64,000 bases of DNA, taken from the NCBI GenBank assembly GCA_965637545.1, contig OZ281497.1, positions 25,978,001 to 26,042,000 on the forward strand. The letters are read 5' to 3'. The DNA is from Phallusia mammillata (Eukaryota). The notes beneath the pieces were generated by a model. The model saw only the letters and a program-made list of their open reading frames with translations. It was not told the DNA's origin and did not search any database. Every line of letters begins with the position of its first letter. Positions within the stretch are counted from its first letter, which is position 1. Position numbers and translations under genes: made by a program. Shown one piece after another: positions 1-11,824 of the stretch.

Positions 1-139
1 TAACTGCCACGGCACAAAAACGTTCACCAAGCAATCCACAAAGTCACAAACGAGTAACATACAACTGCTTGCCCTTGTAACACTATTGTGCCATAGAAAT
101 GTTTCGTTTGTGGTGCCCAGTAACATACAAATACATTTT

Positions 140-638
140 ACACTTTGGGGGCTTGTGGGGTAAATGTTCGGGCTACAGGGCTGAACACAACAATCAAAAC
201 CTATAAATGGAATACTCTACAAGCTATTCAAATTTCAGACAATTCTAACACTGTTTACAAACTCACCTTGCAGGGTAAATACTGGGGTTATCAACCAAAA
301 CGAAGTGGTATGCGCATCTACATAACCATATCTACCATCTGTGTAAATTTCATCCAAATCCATTAAACATTTAGTGGAAAAATGAGTCCAACAAACTTTG
401 GCAAGAAAATCACTCATTTTAGGTGGCTAGTGGGGTAAATACTGGGGTTATCAACAAAAATAAAGTGGAATGCACATCTACATACCTATATCTACCATGT
501 GTGTAAATTTTACCAAAATCCTTTAAACATTTGATGGAAAAACGAGTCGGACAAACTTTGGAAAGAAAAAAAAAAGAAAACAAACAAACAATTTGAGTAA
601 AATCAATATGTGTCCCCTTCAGGGAAGGAGACCCATAA
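140..638 (+). mobile_element. Non-autonomous Helentron/HINE (DINE-1-like) element, 3' part
   Basis: Same repeated units (gtggggtaaatactgggg...aaatttcatccaaatc) and same 3' hairpin end (gtccccttc-agg-gaaggagac-ccataa, 612-638) as the element at 7171-8419. Confidence 0.6.
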
Positions 639-662
639 AAATACTATTTCAATAGCACTTAC

Positions 663-3600
663 TCCAAAAGAACACGAACTACCTCAGGGTGTCCAGCTCT
701 GCAAGCAAGATGAAGCGGAGTTTCTCTGTATTTGTCTTTTGCATCAACAATAGCTCCTACATGCAACATCTCCTATAAAGCAAGACAATTGTTAGGTCAA
801 TAAAACCATTTTTTTGCAACTTTAACTTATACATATTTTTTTTTTAATAAAACAGCCCACAACTATACTTACAAATTATTTCTGTTTTAGCGAGCACATT
901 TAAAAATTTAAAGTATTCCAACCAAATCAAACATTTTTTCACAGTTCTTCATTTAATTACCTTTTCCACAATAGCCACATCATAATATTTACAGCATAAC
1001 TGATTTCAAAGTACAATTGCAAATAGTATCAGTTTTATTATTTTTCCAAGTTTATTTAAATGTTACTTACACTTAATAGTTGTTTGGAAAGTTGGATGCT
1101 TGGATCATTTTGGAATGTTCGACAAACCAAGTAGTGAAGAGCAGTTCTACCCTCTATATCACGAACATTCATATCTGATAAAAATAATTTTGAAACAAAA
1201 TGCAACCATATCAACTTGTGCCACACCTAAAGGTTTTACCATTGTAAAACTCACAATCATGGTATGCAAGTATTTTACTGCTTCAGACTTTCAAATTTAC
1301 ATTGTGTCCATACTGAGGCTCGGGTAAGTCGTGGTTATACAATATACTACATGCATAGTTAACTTAACAGTTATTTTGCCATTTTAATTGAAATTGTAGT
1401 TTTACTGGGTATAGTTGTCTGTAACACAACATGCAGCACTGTGAATTTGCAACACTGTGAATTACAACAGCTTCTTACCCACTCCTTGTGTAGTGAGAAA
1501 CTCGCACATCTGGAAAAGTTTGTATTCGGCTGCAAAGTGCAGGGGAGTTTTGCCATCACAATCTTTACTGTTTAATTGATCTTTAACAAGTGACGAATCC
1601 ATATTGTCACTTGCATCTTCATTGTGCATGGACTAAATTCATAAAACAAAGAAAATATTATGGTTTTTTTACACTAAAAATAGAACTGCCATTGTCAAAA
1701 ACATACAACAGCTTCAAATACTCTATCAACTATTGCAAATTGTAATGTGATGTAATATACAAGAATTTCTCTTTCCTTAGGTCAGAACAAGGGTCAGAGT
1801 TGGTAAATTCACACTTTTTAAGTTAAGTCACAGTTGTTTTTGTAATATTGTATAGTCAAAGACATGGTATTTTGGAAACTATAACCTGTGGTCAATTTTT
1901 GTAAAGCATTGAATTGAACAAAGTTTTTCCTAACCCCAGCTATACTCATTGATTTTTTTAACTTTTAACCATTACTTTCAAATATTTTTCGTCTCGGAAT
2001 CAAAACAAACTTTTAATCCAATACCCTGATGATTAAACTCACACAATTTTAAGAATTCCAAATATTTGCCAATAGCAAAATAATCAAAAGTTTTGCAAAA
2101 GGGACAAAGCAAGCATGAAAGCAAATGATACTCACATGTAATACATTTATAATATTACAATATACAGTACTTACTTTATTCAAAGCCTCAAGTAATAGCT
2201 TCATGCTATCTACAGAACCACTGAGGGCAGCAAAGTGGAAAGGTGTGCGATCTTGTTTATCCTTAACATCTATGCTGGCATTATTTCCCAACAGATATTT
2301 CAAAACAGAGTTGTTTGAAGTTTCTTGATCTCTTGCACCATATGAACGCTCATCCAAATCCAACTTAAACAAAGCAAGATGAAGAGCAGTTTTTCCATCC
2401 ATATCACACTTATTGATATCTGTAACAACAACTGATTAGTTTAATAAAGCCAGTACTGATTATTGGTTGACAGAAACCAGGACAACCCATTTGAAAACAG
2501 AATAATACACAGTAAAACTTTAACACTCCAACTTTAAACAAATCTGGGTAATTCTCTCATTCTCTCAAAAAGTTTCTTAACAAATGTCTATGGTTCGGAT
2601 TTACAACCCTTTGCAGTTAAATGGATTATGCGATTAACTGCATTAGTCTGTGGGACATAGCTTCTTAGGCATGCACTTAGATGACTGGGTTAGAGCAACT
2701 AAAAATACACCCTTTGTTTGTACAAGGTGATAAATTTCTGTAAAATGACATGTGCAACAACTGAGAAACAAATGCAGGCTTAAACACGAATACACGCTGT
2801 TGTAGCAGTCACTTGCTTTTAAACCATCATTTTGGCACTTTGGTTTGGCTAAGCATTAAGTAATGGAAAATTTTAACTTTGCAACCATGACTTTTCGTTC
2901 CATGGAATTTATATGCTGCTTTTGCGACATATGGTATCGAGCGGTGTAACTTTACTGTTCCATTGGTTCTCATGATTCAGTAACTATTGGAAGCACATAT
3001 TCGGTGTTGTTGTTACATGTTCCCGTCTTCCTCATATGTTCCAACAGCAGGACCATAAGACAGGCTGTTGCGTAAACCGGGTGTTTTGAAATAGTTGTGC
3101 AATCCATTGCAGTGCTGCAAATCTTTGCAAGCGTTTAACTTAAAACAAACTAATAACTGATGTGAGTAAAAGAAGATACTGTTTTGCAATGATCGCACGA
3201 AAAACGAGTATCAGTTTAAAAGTCAATGTTTTATCGTTGATCTCTCTCTTTTTCACCGTATCCTTTCCTTGAGATAAATGAGACTTGATGTGTGTTGCGT
3301 AACCAGAATAAAAGACAAGAACTAAATTGATCTTTTGTGGATCATGTCGGCTCTATGCAGCAAGTGTTAAGAATCGTAATAATGAACTTACTCGCTACTG
3401 CAGACGAGCCATGAGAAGCAGAAGAATTAACGAGCTTTCAAGTAAACAATAACGCAGAACGCGCACCCACAAGCCTCCGCACTGTTGATAATGAAGTTGA
3501 CAATTTTGTGCTGGGAGTTATTGTAAAAATAACTAGGCTTTGCTGGCTTGAGTAAAATAAAGTTCTTACTAAAAAATCAACATACTTACTTTTTGTCTGA

Positions 3601-6600
3601 CCAAACACAACTAATCCTAACAGTTTACCACACAACTAATCCTAAAGGGTTAGAAGGTGCTTATATATATCTTAATTTTTATTGGATGACATGTGAAAAA
3701 CATATATATACTACAGTGCCAAATGTTGAATTATATAACTGTTGTAAGCTAATCAATTCGAGTTGTAAGTGTACAAAGTTCGATTTAAATGGTTTCCTAC
3801 CAGCTCCATGGTCCACAAGTAACACACATATCTCCACATGTTGGTTCATGACAGCATAGTGCAAAGGGGTAAAACCAGCATCATTTTGCATGTTCAGTTG
3901 TTTTTCGCCAGGAAAAAGTTTTTCAGGCTGGTTGAGTTTTGCTCGCATCATTTCAATGTGGCCATCAATGGCTATCTGTGGTGCAATGAAAAGAGAAAAA
4001 AATTAAAACCAACAACACTAATAATTCTGTTATCAAGTGTTTGTCGCATAATGCACATTATTTGATCAACTGGATTCTAGATTTGTATTTGAAAGAGCCA
4101 ATGTTTATCATTGAGTAAAAAATATGTCAATATTGCATTAAAAACAGTGTATCATGAATGCATGTGTGGCATTTACGAGTCATGCAAAACCAACTGTAAA
4201 TGCTTTACGATAACCCTGATTACTAAAGAAAGTGTGCAGAGAAAGCAAAAATAGATTGTGCTAATACTGAAAAGACAGGCAAATGTATGTTTACCATGTT
4301 GTTAAGTGGATGTGTATTGCAAATCTATCTTCAAAAATATGCGAGCTGTTGCCAGATATAAAAGTGTTTTTTTTTGCATTAGCTTACTAAGACAAGTTCT
4401 ATTTGCACTACTGCCTGCCACAATAGGTTTTGTAATTTAAAAATTGGCAAAACTCGTTGAGTAGCTCTGTGTTAGGGCTTTAATGTTATTGAAATATTCG
4501 GTCATGTCGCACAAGCACTGTAGTTAATAAATGTTTGTAATTAAGTTCATTCACATTTTACTCAGGGACAAAACCATTTCTAATTTGTGGTGACAGGGAA
4601 TATTGAAACTTTCTACCATTTTGGAGATAAAGAGATAACCTAATAAATCTTGGGTAGGTAAATCTAACAAATGGCACAACCACATGACTGTATATAACAG
4701 ACTGTAAAGTTTTATACCCTTCCATTATTGTTAAGGGGTAAAAATGCATAGAAAAGTGGCAGTCAAACATGTGTTATTAAAACACGCTAGCATCTGAAAG
4801 GGGCCCACAATACATAACTTGTTTCCTGTTGTTCAAATGACCTCATTATACATGTTGTATCCCCACAGGAAGATATAATAAACCAGGTTTTAGGGGGACA
4901 ATCACTAGGCATGAAATAAGTAACGTGTGACCCTCAGTATTGCATTTGTAAAGATGTTATTTTTTGTAATAACTATTCTAGTACATATGCCCCGACCAAC
5001 AATTAACAGTTTTAAACAGTATTGCAGAATAGTTAAAAAGATTCCAGAATTATGAAATCTTATTGTGCCTTTCTCAACATTTCTGTAATGTAAAACAAAT
5101 AACAAGAATCAATGTAAGTTAACAGTAACAACAAGTTTATTCCAAAGCAATATGTTCAGAATTTTTACATAACTGCACATTTATTCTAATTGTACAATTG
5201 CTGTACACAGGTGACAATCATTTCACAACCCAAAATTATGTAAACAAGCATAAAGTTTGCAACTGTAATATATAAAAAATGAGGACTGTCATATATGGTT
5301 TAAATTGACATTGGGGTGTGGTTAGTATAGGATACAAAGTTTGCAGACTTATATACTATATATTTCAAATCGCATATTCCTAGCCACAAAAAATAAGCAA
5401 AATCAACACAAAGTTCAAGTCCTAGAAAATCCCATTACAACAATGCAGCTGTTTTTGTAATTGTTTTAGAAAAGGTTAGAAAGCACTTGTTATGAAACTT
5501 TTTTTGTCTTTACTTGCCCCACTTTAATTTTAGTCATTGCAGAATGAACTCACCTTATGGAGGTTAGCATCGTCAGAATTGAATTGTTCATTTGTTGATC
5601 TAAAACTACATTTAAAATATCATGCATATGTGCATAGTATATGAAAATACAATAAAGTTTAGTGAATAGGTTCAAAACTGATTAGTCTTTCAAAACAAAA
5701 TTTGTACCATACGAACATTGTTTTTTAACAAATCGCAAATAATTGCATGCTGTCATCAAATAAATCAACAATTGATGGCTAATTTAGCTGGTTGTGTTCT
5801 CTGTTGGGAAAATATTTTACACTGGGTGCGATAGTACATTTCGCAGGAAGACATGTCACCCACAGAACAAATCTTCATTAAATCACAGTTTAGTATACAT
5901 AGCTCAAGCAATACATGTATGAACAAAACAAAAAAAAAATACAGATTTTGATGACACACATTTTTTTGATTATTTGATTTTTAACAGATTACAATGATTT
6001 AAAAATGATGCATTTCGGGACTTCACTGGATTTATATGACAGAGTACAACTTTACACAACTAAAATGAAATGATGAATGCAAACCAATAATGGTTAACTT
6101 AATTGATAACTGTGTTAACTTGTTACTTAAATGTTTTTGTTGGCATGCTGTACGAGTTTACTTACTTACTGGACAAAGGGTGGATATTTTTTAGCTGTAT
6201 CTCTTCAGTATTATCTTCTTCTCGAGCCTAATTAAACAAGAAACTGTTATTACAATGACATAAGGTAAGCTTATCAGCTGTCCTATTTTCTGTCATTTTC
6301 TCTATTTGTGTGTTGCCAAAACCAGTGTTCTGTGCATACCCAACATTTACATGGTTGAGATTTAGCACAAAACAAAAAACATGAAAGCTAACTTACTTGT
6401 ATAGATGTGAGTGGATCTTCGTCCATGTTAAGTAATTGTTGTTCTTTTGTACATGAAACAAATAAAAACTTAAATACTAGGCATTTAACAAGTTTAATGT
6501 GGTTTTCTCGTTAAGTGAAATAATTTAATTCCATAATGCCTGGAAGCAAGTGGTTAAGGACGTAATTTTGGCACAGTAGAGTCCAGTAAAAGTTTTTCAA

Positions 6601-8526
6601 CTGTGTCATGAATTAGGCATTTCTGACCGGGTAAAAGTTTCATCTAATTTTGATCTTTTCTAATTGTTTAGTGTGAGAGTTTGACCGGGCTAAGGCAATT
6701 ATTTCAAGCTTACAATGTTGTACATACAGCTCTTTGGTTTCTTGACTATTTTGTTTCTCAAAAAATGTTTTTCTCAAAAAAAATGTAAAATTTATTATTT
6801 GAGAATTACACTCCCTATCAGAACAAACCTTTTGACTTTGACATGAGATAGCAGTAAGTAAATTATGCAAGTTTATTATTTTAGGGATAATTGAAACCCT
6901 TAAAAACTGACTAAAAGCCCATATCAAGTCTATAGAGCTCTTCTGCCAGAAGAGCTCTATAGACTTGATATTATGCCTGGCAGCAACAGCTTATTTATTA
7001 AAAGCCCATATGTTCGAAAACAAGTTGACAAATGAAACTACTTGCAAACTAGAAGGGTGGCTTAGCACATTTTACTATAGCATATACACTACAACCTATT
7101 CTGCAAACTGTAATATATTCTCTATATTTATTTATATTGGGTCCCATATTAGCCAACATTTTTATAATCTTGATTTGTTTCTGCAGGCAGAAACTCATGG
7201 GTCCCCAAAACCGCAAAGTTGTAAACAGACAACCATAAGAAACGGTGCTATAAAGTCAAACACAGTGATTGGTAGTGTTACTTAAAAAAACAAGTTATGT
7301 AAAGTACAAACTGTCCAAATCTCATGCAATTGAGACATTGTTATAAGTTTGTGTGCCTAAATAGCATAAAACACTGACATCTCAAAATGGCATATTATAC
7401 AAACTGTCAAAATGTATTGTTGATTAATTCACCCATTTTGGGGGGTTGGTAGGGTAAATATTAGGGCTGCAGGGTGGAACACAATATTTGACAGCTACAA
7501 ATGCCAAATTCAAAAAACTATCAAAAATTCATCCAAATCGGACGTTTTATAAACAATAGGTGGCTTAAGCAGTAAATATTGGGCTACATGGTGAAACACA
7601 ATAATCGACGCCCTAAAATGGAACAATGAACAAACTGTCCAAATTTCATCCAAATCGGACATTGTTTAAAAAATCACCCATTTTAGGGGGCTAGTGGGGT
7701 AAATATTGGGGCTACAGGGTAAAACACAACAAACGATGCCCTAAAATGGCACAATGAACAAACTGTCCAAATTTCATCCAATTCGGACATTGTTTAAAAA
7801 ATCGTCCTTTTTAGGGGCTAGTGGGGTAAATATTGGGGCTACAGGGTAAAACACAACAAACGATGCCCTAAAATGGCACAATGAACAAACTGTCCAAATT
7901 TCATCCAATTCGGACATTGTTTAAAAAATCACCCATTTTAGGGGGCTAGTGGGGTAAATATTGGGGCTACAGGGTAAAACACAACAAACGATGCCCTAAA
8001 ATGGCACAATGAACAAACTGTCCAAATTTCATCCAATTCGGACATTGTTTAAAAAATCACCCATTTTAGGGGGCTAGTGGGGTAAATATTGGGGCTACAG
8101 GGTAAAACACAACAAACGATGCCCTAAAATGGCACAATGAACAAACTGTCCAAATTTCATCCGATTCGGACATTGTTTAAAAAATCACCCATTTTAGGGG
8201 GCTAGTGGGGTAAACACTGGGGCTATCGAGTCAAACAAAACAAATGGCACATCTACATAACCATATCTACCATCTGTGAAAATTTCATCCAAATCCATCA
8301 AACATTTCTTGGCAAAGTGGGGTGGACAAACTTGAGGAAAGAAGAAAAAAACAAGAAAAAACAAACAAACAAATCGAGTAAAATCAAAATGTGTCCCCTT
8401 CAGGGAAGGGGACCCATAAATATGATAAAAACCCAACTTACTTTCATCGATCACTTGAACCTTCACATCATCAGCATGGATTTGTTTGCTTTTATCTTGT
8501 AAAGTTGCATCACTATCAGAATCCAT
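663..8526 (-). CDS. TRPA1-like ankyrin-repeat channel, 5' part (10 exons; continues beyond position 1)
   Basis: Phase-compatible GT-AG exons 8442-8526, 6397-6443, 6166-6227, 5554-5599, 3801-3975, 2175-2419, 1479-1632, 1071-1174, 961-999 and 663-772 join into one open frame: MDSDSD...NLHKIAIDGHIE...AGFTPLHYAV...DGKTALHLAL...DRTPFHFAALSGS...DGKTPLHFAAE...EGRTALHYLV...YRETPLHLACRAGH. The ankyrin repeats are directly visible. The TRPA1 assignment is inferred from the long N-terminal ankyrin array and the TRPA1-like 3' exons of a neighbouring gene at 62.8-63.8 kb. Confidence 0.8.
6921..6971. repeat. 51-bp palindrome (25-bp perfect arms, 1-nt spacer)
   Basis: atatcaagtctatagagctcttctg-c-cagaagagctctatagacttgatat. 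Confidence 0.95.
7171..8419 (+). mobile_element. Non-autonomous Helentron/HINE-like element with internal tandem array
   Basis: 5' short hairpin gtttctgc-ag-gcagaaac followed by atgggtcccc (7197-7206), the reverse complement of ggggacccat at the 3' end. 3' stem-loop GTCCCCTTC-agg-GAAGGGGAC then ccataa. Central tandem repeats; a second copy at 140-638. Confidence 0.65.
7431..8212 (+). repeat. ~127-128 bp tandem satellite, about 6 copies (about 4 near-identical)
   Basis: Unit cacccattttagggggctagtggggtaaatattggggctacagggtaaaacacaacaaacgatgccctaaaatggcacaatgaacaaactgtccaaatttcatccaattcggacattgtttaaaaaat recurs near 7676, 7803, 7930, 8058 and 8186, with degenerate copies upstream. Confidence 0.95.
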
Positions 8527-9118
8527 GTTTCACCAACAAATTGTTGTTTAAAATTAATCACACAAAACAATTACACAATTCTAGGTTGTGCCTTTTAACT
8601 ACTATCAACTATTTACTGTAAAATTCAACATCACTAAATTATAAGTATATATTACAATTGCTTGCATCGATATCATTAATTTGTGCAAATTTTGCAACAG
8701 TTGTTTACCAAATATGCTCATTTCAACTTGACCTATGCAAACTTGGTAAACTGCGCAAATTGGCACCTACGCACAAACGAAACGCCGCATCTCTTTTGTT
8801 AAAACAGGTAGAACGATAAAACTTCACATCTGCACTAAGTCAAGAATGCAGAATTCAAAAAGGCAAAAAAACATTGTTGCTAGAACCTTAAGCGATGGCT
8901 CTTTTCAAAGATATGATGTATAGAATAACATTTGTAAAGTTTAATTTTAATGTCAGCACACATCGAACACGTTTTGGGTGAATTTCTAACATTAGTTATG
9001 AATTATTAATTGCGAATTAGTATTGAAAAGCGTAGAATATTGTGTCAAAATTTGATTAGCCTATCCTTTTTAGCTTTAGAGCAATGGCGATTGTTGGCCA
9101 GTTTCACTACGGTCTCTT

Positions 9119-9426
9119 GGGTCACATCTAAAACTGCGCGCCCGCTTAGCCCACTTGACCCAGCACTTAGCCCGTTTTCCCTGCGAGAGACGGGCCAAGC
9201 AATGGATATAGTGGACCCGCAGTTTTTCAATTGCACGAAGTGCTGGGCCAAGTGATCCAAGTGGGCCCGCAGTTTTAGACATGGATATAGCGGGCCTGCA
9301 GTTTTTATACTTGCGAGAGATGCGACAAGCACTGGATACAGTGGGCCCGCAGTTTTTCAATTGCATGAAGTGCTGGGCCAAGCAAGCCAAGTGGGCCAAG
9401 CGGGCCCGCAGTTTTAGACGTGACCG
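9119..9426. mobile_element. Mutator/foldback-like MITE
   Basis: ~38-bp TIRs (ggtcacatctaaaactgcgcgcccgcttagcccacttg / caagtgggccaagcgggcccgcagttttagacgtgacc), internal gggcccgcagtttt repeats, and a 9-bp TSD cggtctctt (9110-9118) / aggtctctt (9427-9435) matching 8 of 9. Confidence 0.8.
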
Positions 9427-9798
9427 AGGTCTCTTGCCCTAACTGGGATGGTTGGCTTTTAGGTCCCAACTTGACTGGTTCCACCAACGTAACCCCTCCA
9501 GTCTTGATGCCTAAACCACCCTCCAATGTTTGACCCTGCCACATTCTTGTTGTATCGGCGTTGCGGCGTACATGCAGCGCGTTAAGTCGTGAACCTTCTA
9601 TACCAAATTTGCCCCCACAAATTTTGTCGCGCTTTTTAACGTCTTAACGTTGCGCAGCTATTTCCGCCTTGGTGAATATTTTAGCGCAATTGCGCTTGAA
9701 CAATTTGCTTCACCCGACGAATTAAAACACAACTCAACTCAAATACAAATAGCCAATTGTCAATCGATAATGCAGCAGCATTAAAAATTTTTGAATAA

Positions 9799-9809
9799 GG
9801 GAAAGCCCC
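9799..9809 (-). promoter_or_regulatory. NF-kB (kappaB) consensus site
   Basis: GGGGCTTTCCC on the minus strand, ~1.3 kb upstream of the ankyrin gene ATG. Sequence match only. Confidence 0.35.
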
Positions 9810-9866
9810 CTAATTAACTATCTTCACATCGATCCAAAAAAATGTTTGGCAGTAAATGGAATATTT

Positions 9867-10309
9867 CAGGGAGTCGAATCGCTTGTCATATGGGTCCAGG
9901 TTCGGTTCGGGTTCACTTGGTTTTGTTTTGAAGGGTTCGGGTTCGGTTCAGGTTTTGAAAATGTATATTTTCGGGTTCAGGTTTTGTTCCGGTTTGGGCA
10001 AATTACCTGGTCCGAACCGGTTTGCGGTTTTCAAACCGATTCAAATTTTTATTCGTTTTAATTTAATTCTACTCCATCGTCTACCTGGCTTTTGCCCGTG
10101 TACTGTTTATTACGTGTTATCTCATGTATTCTTCAGTGGGCTGTTTTGAAAAAAATCACAAAATATAAAACAGACTGCATTTTTCTGGTTCGGTACCGGT
10201 TCGGGTACCACGCCAAACAAAATATGGGGTTCAACTCCGGTTCGGGTTTAATAAAATTAACTGCTCAAACCGGTTTGCGGGCTCGGGTTCAGTTCCGGTT
10301 AACTCCCTG
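9867..10309. mobile_element. Degenerate hAT-like MITE
   Basis: Ends CAGGGAGT.../...ACTCCCTG with many subterminal (TTC)GGGTTC/GGTTCGG repeats; TSD not preserved. Confidence 0.55.
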
Positions 10310-11824
10310 GTTTCTTTAAAATCCCAATTTAAGTAGGCTAAAGTCGTTTTATTTTTACACTCTTATACCTTCATGAGCTTACATATGTAAAAATTCGGGC
10401 ACTGACATGTGTTGTGACATAATATGTGCGTTTAGCGACCGACTCTGTACCGAAAGTGCTTGAACACAGTTTTGGGTACGCAAAGTAGGATAGGCTGTGG
10501 TAAACAGTTAAAGCAACTTAACCTCAGCTACAGTTCGTGAACCTAGGGGTTTTCAACCACTTTGGAGGTTCATGGAAAACATCTGCATTAAATGAATTTC
10601 TCTGAGTGAATATCGGGTTTTTATACCAAAAGCGAACAAAATACATTTGGGCGAACAAAATACACACGCCGTCGCGCATTTTTCTTGGGTGTCCGATCTG
10701 CCGCGGGTTGACATTGGCTTGCACAGTAAATATAAAGGCCCTGCAGGGAAAACATGCACTGGTGCGAGATTTTTTTCCTGGTACCTATTCAAACGATAAC
10801 CATACTAGATGGGTTGCCATTTGTATCAAAAGACACCTAATAATAAGCAGAAATATTTCAAAGCTATAACTATCAAGCGATAAAGATAAAAGAGTTCGTA
10901 ATTGCCCATAATAATGTTAAAATAGGGCCCGAGACCTTTTGGTCCCCCGTGCTGTGCACCAGATTCACTTTGCTCCCGTGAAGCCTGTCAAGGAATATCG
11001 GGCGACGATTGACATGTTTGGGAGAAAATAATAAAACTGAACAGCAAGCGAATATTCACTAAAACATGCACACAAATAGAGCAATCGTTAGAAAATAAAC
11101 TTGCGCTAACAGACTATAGTCGACTAAGACAGGTTTCTTACTCACACGCAATAAGATGGGCCTGTCTCAGATAAATCCACAACACAATCGCTCCGAAAAA
11201 AAGACTGTTTCCTGACATTTGATTTTAGACAATATATCATTATAAAAACAGTACTAATATGAAATTGTAGTTATTTTAATAAAAAAAAATGTGTTTAGGC
11301 GACACAGTCGAGCTTTGCCGGCCTTGTGCGGACTAACAAAAGAGCAGCACACAAATACAAACTAATGATCGGGAAAGAAAGGGACGGCGAAAACTACAGG
11401 GGTTTGTGTTTAAACAGACAAGAGTTTGGCAAGCACAACTTTTGCTAAAACTGTTGCTTTTTTTCAAATCACACAAACAAAGCACAGGATCACACAGTTT
11501 CAGCAAATTTCTCTAAGAAAAACATTCCGATAAAATTCTTAAAAGTAGAAGAAATAAGATACAGTTTACAAAATAGGGCTCATAGAAAAGGGCCGAGAAA
11601 AAAAACAAAACAAATCAAAAGAGTTTTCAAAAACACAGAGTAAGCATGACAGCATTAAGCCGAATGTGTCAACGTTTGCATTCAAAATAAAATTCAAACG
11701 TTTCATAAGCTTATGAGGAAAATAGGTTTGTAAACTACACAAAAAGAATACTTAAAACGAGAAACTTGCACGCAAATAATTGCACCAAACTTAAAAAAAC
11801 AACTATCAATTTAAATTTAAGTTT

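Noticed and set aside
7431-8212. CRISPR-like periodicity
   Set aside because: Contiguous ~128-bp units without unique spacers; transposon-internal satellite.
663-8526. Ankyrin gene as IkB, given the nearby kappaB site
   Set aside because: No DSGxxS degron, and the repeat array continues past six units; a TRPA1-like gene fits better.
9010-10319. Several GC-rich short ORFs
   Set aside because: They fall within MITEs and reflect subterminal repeats.
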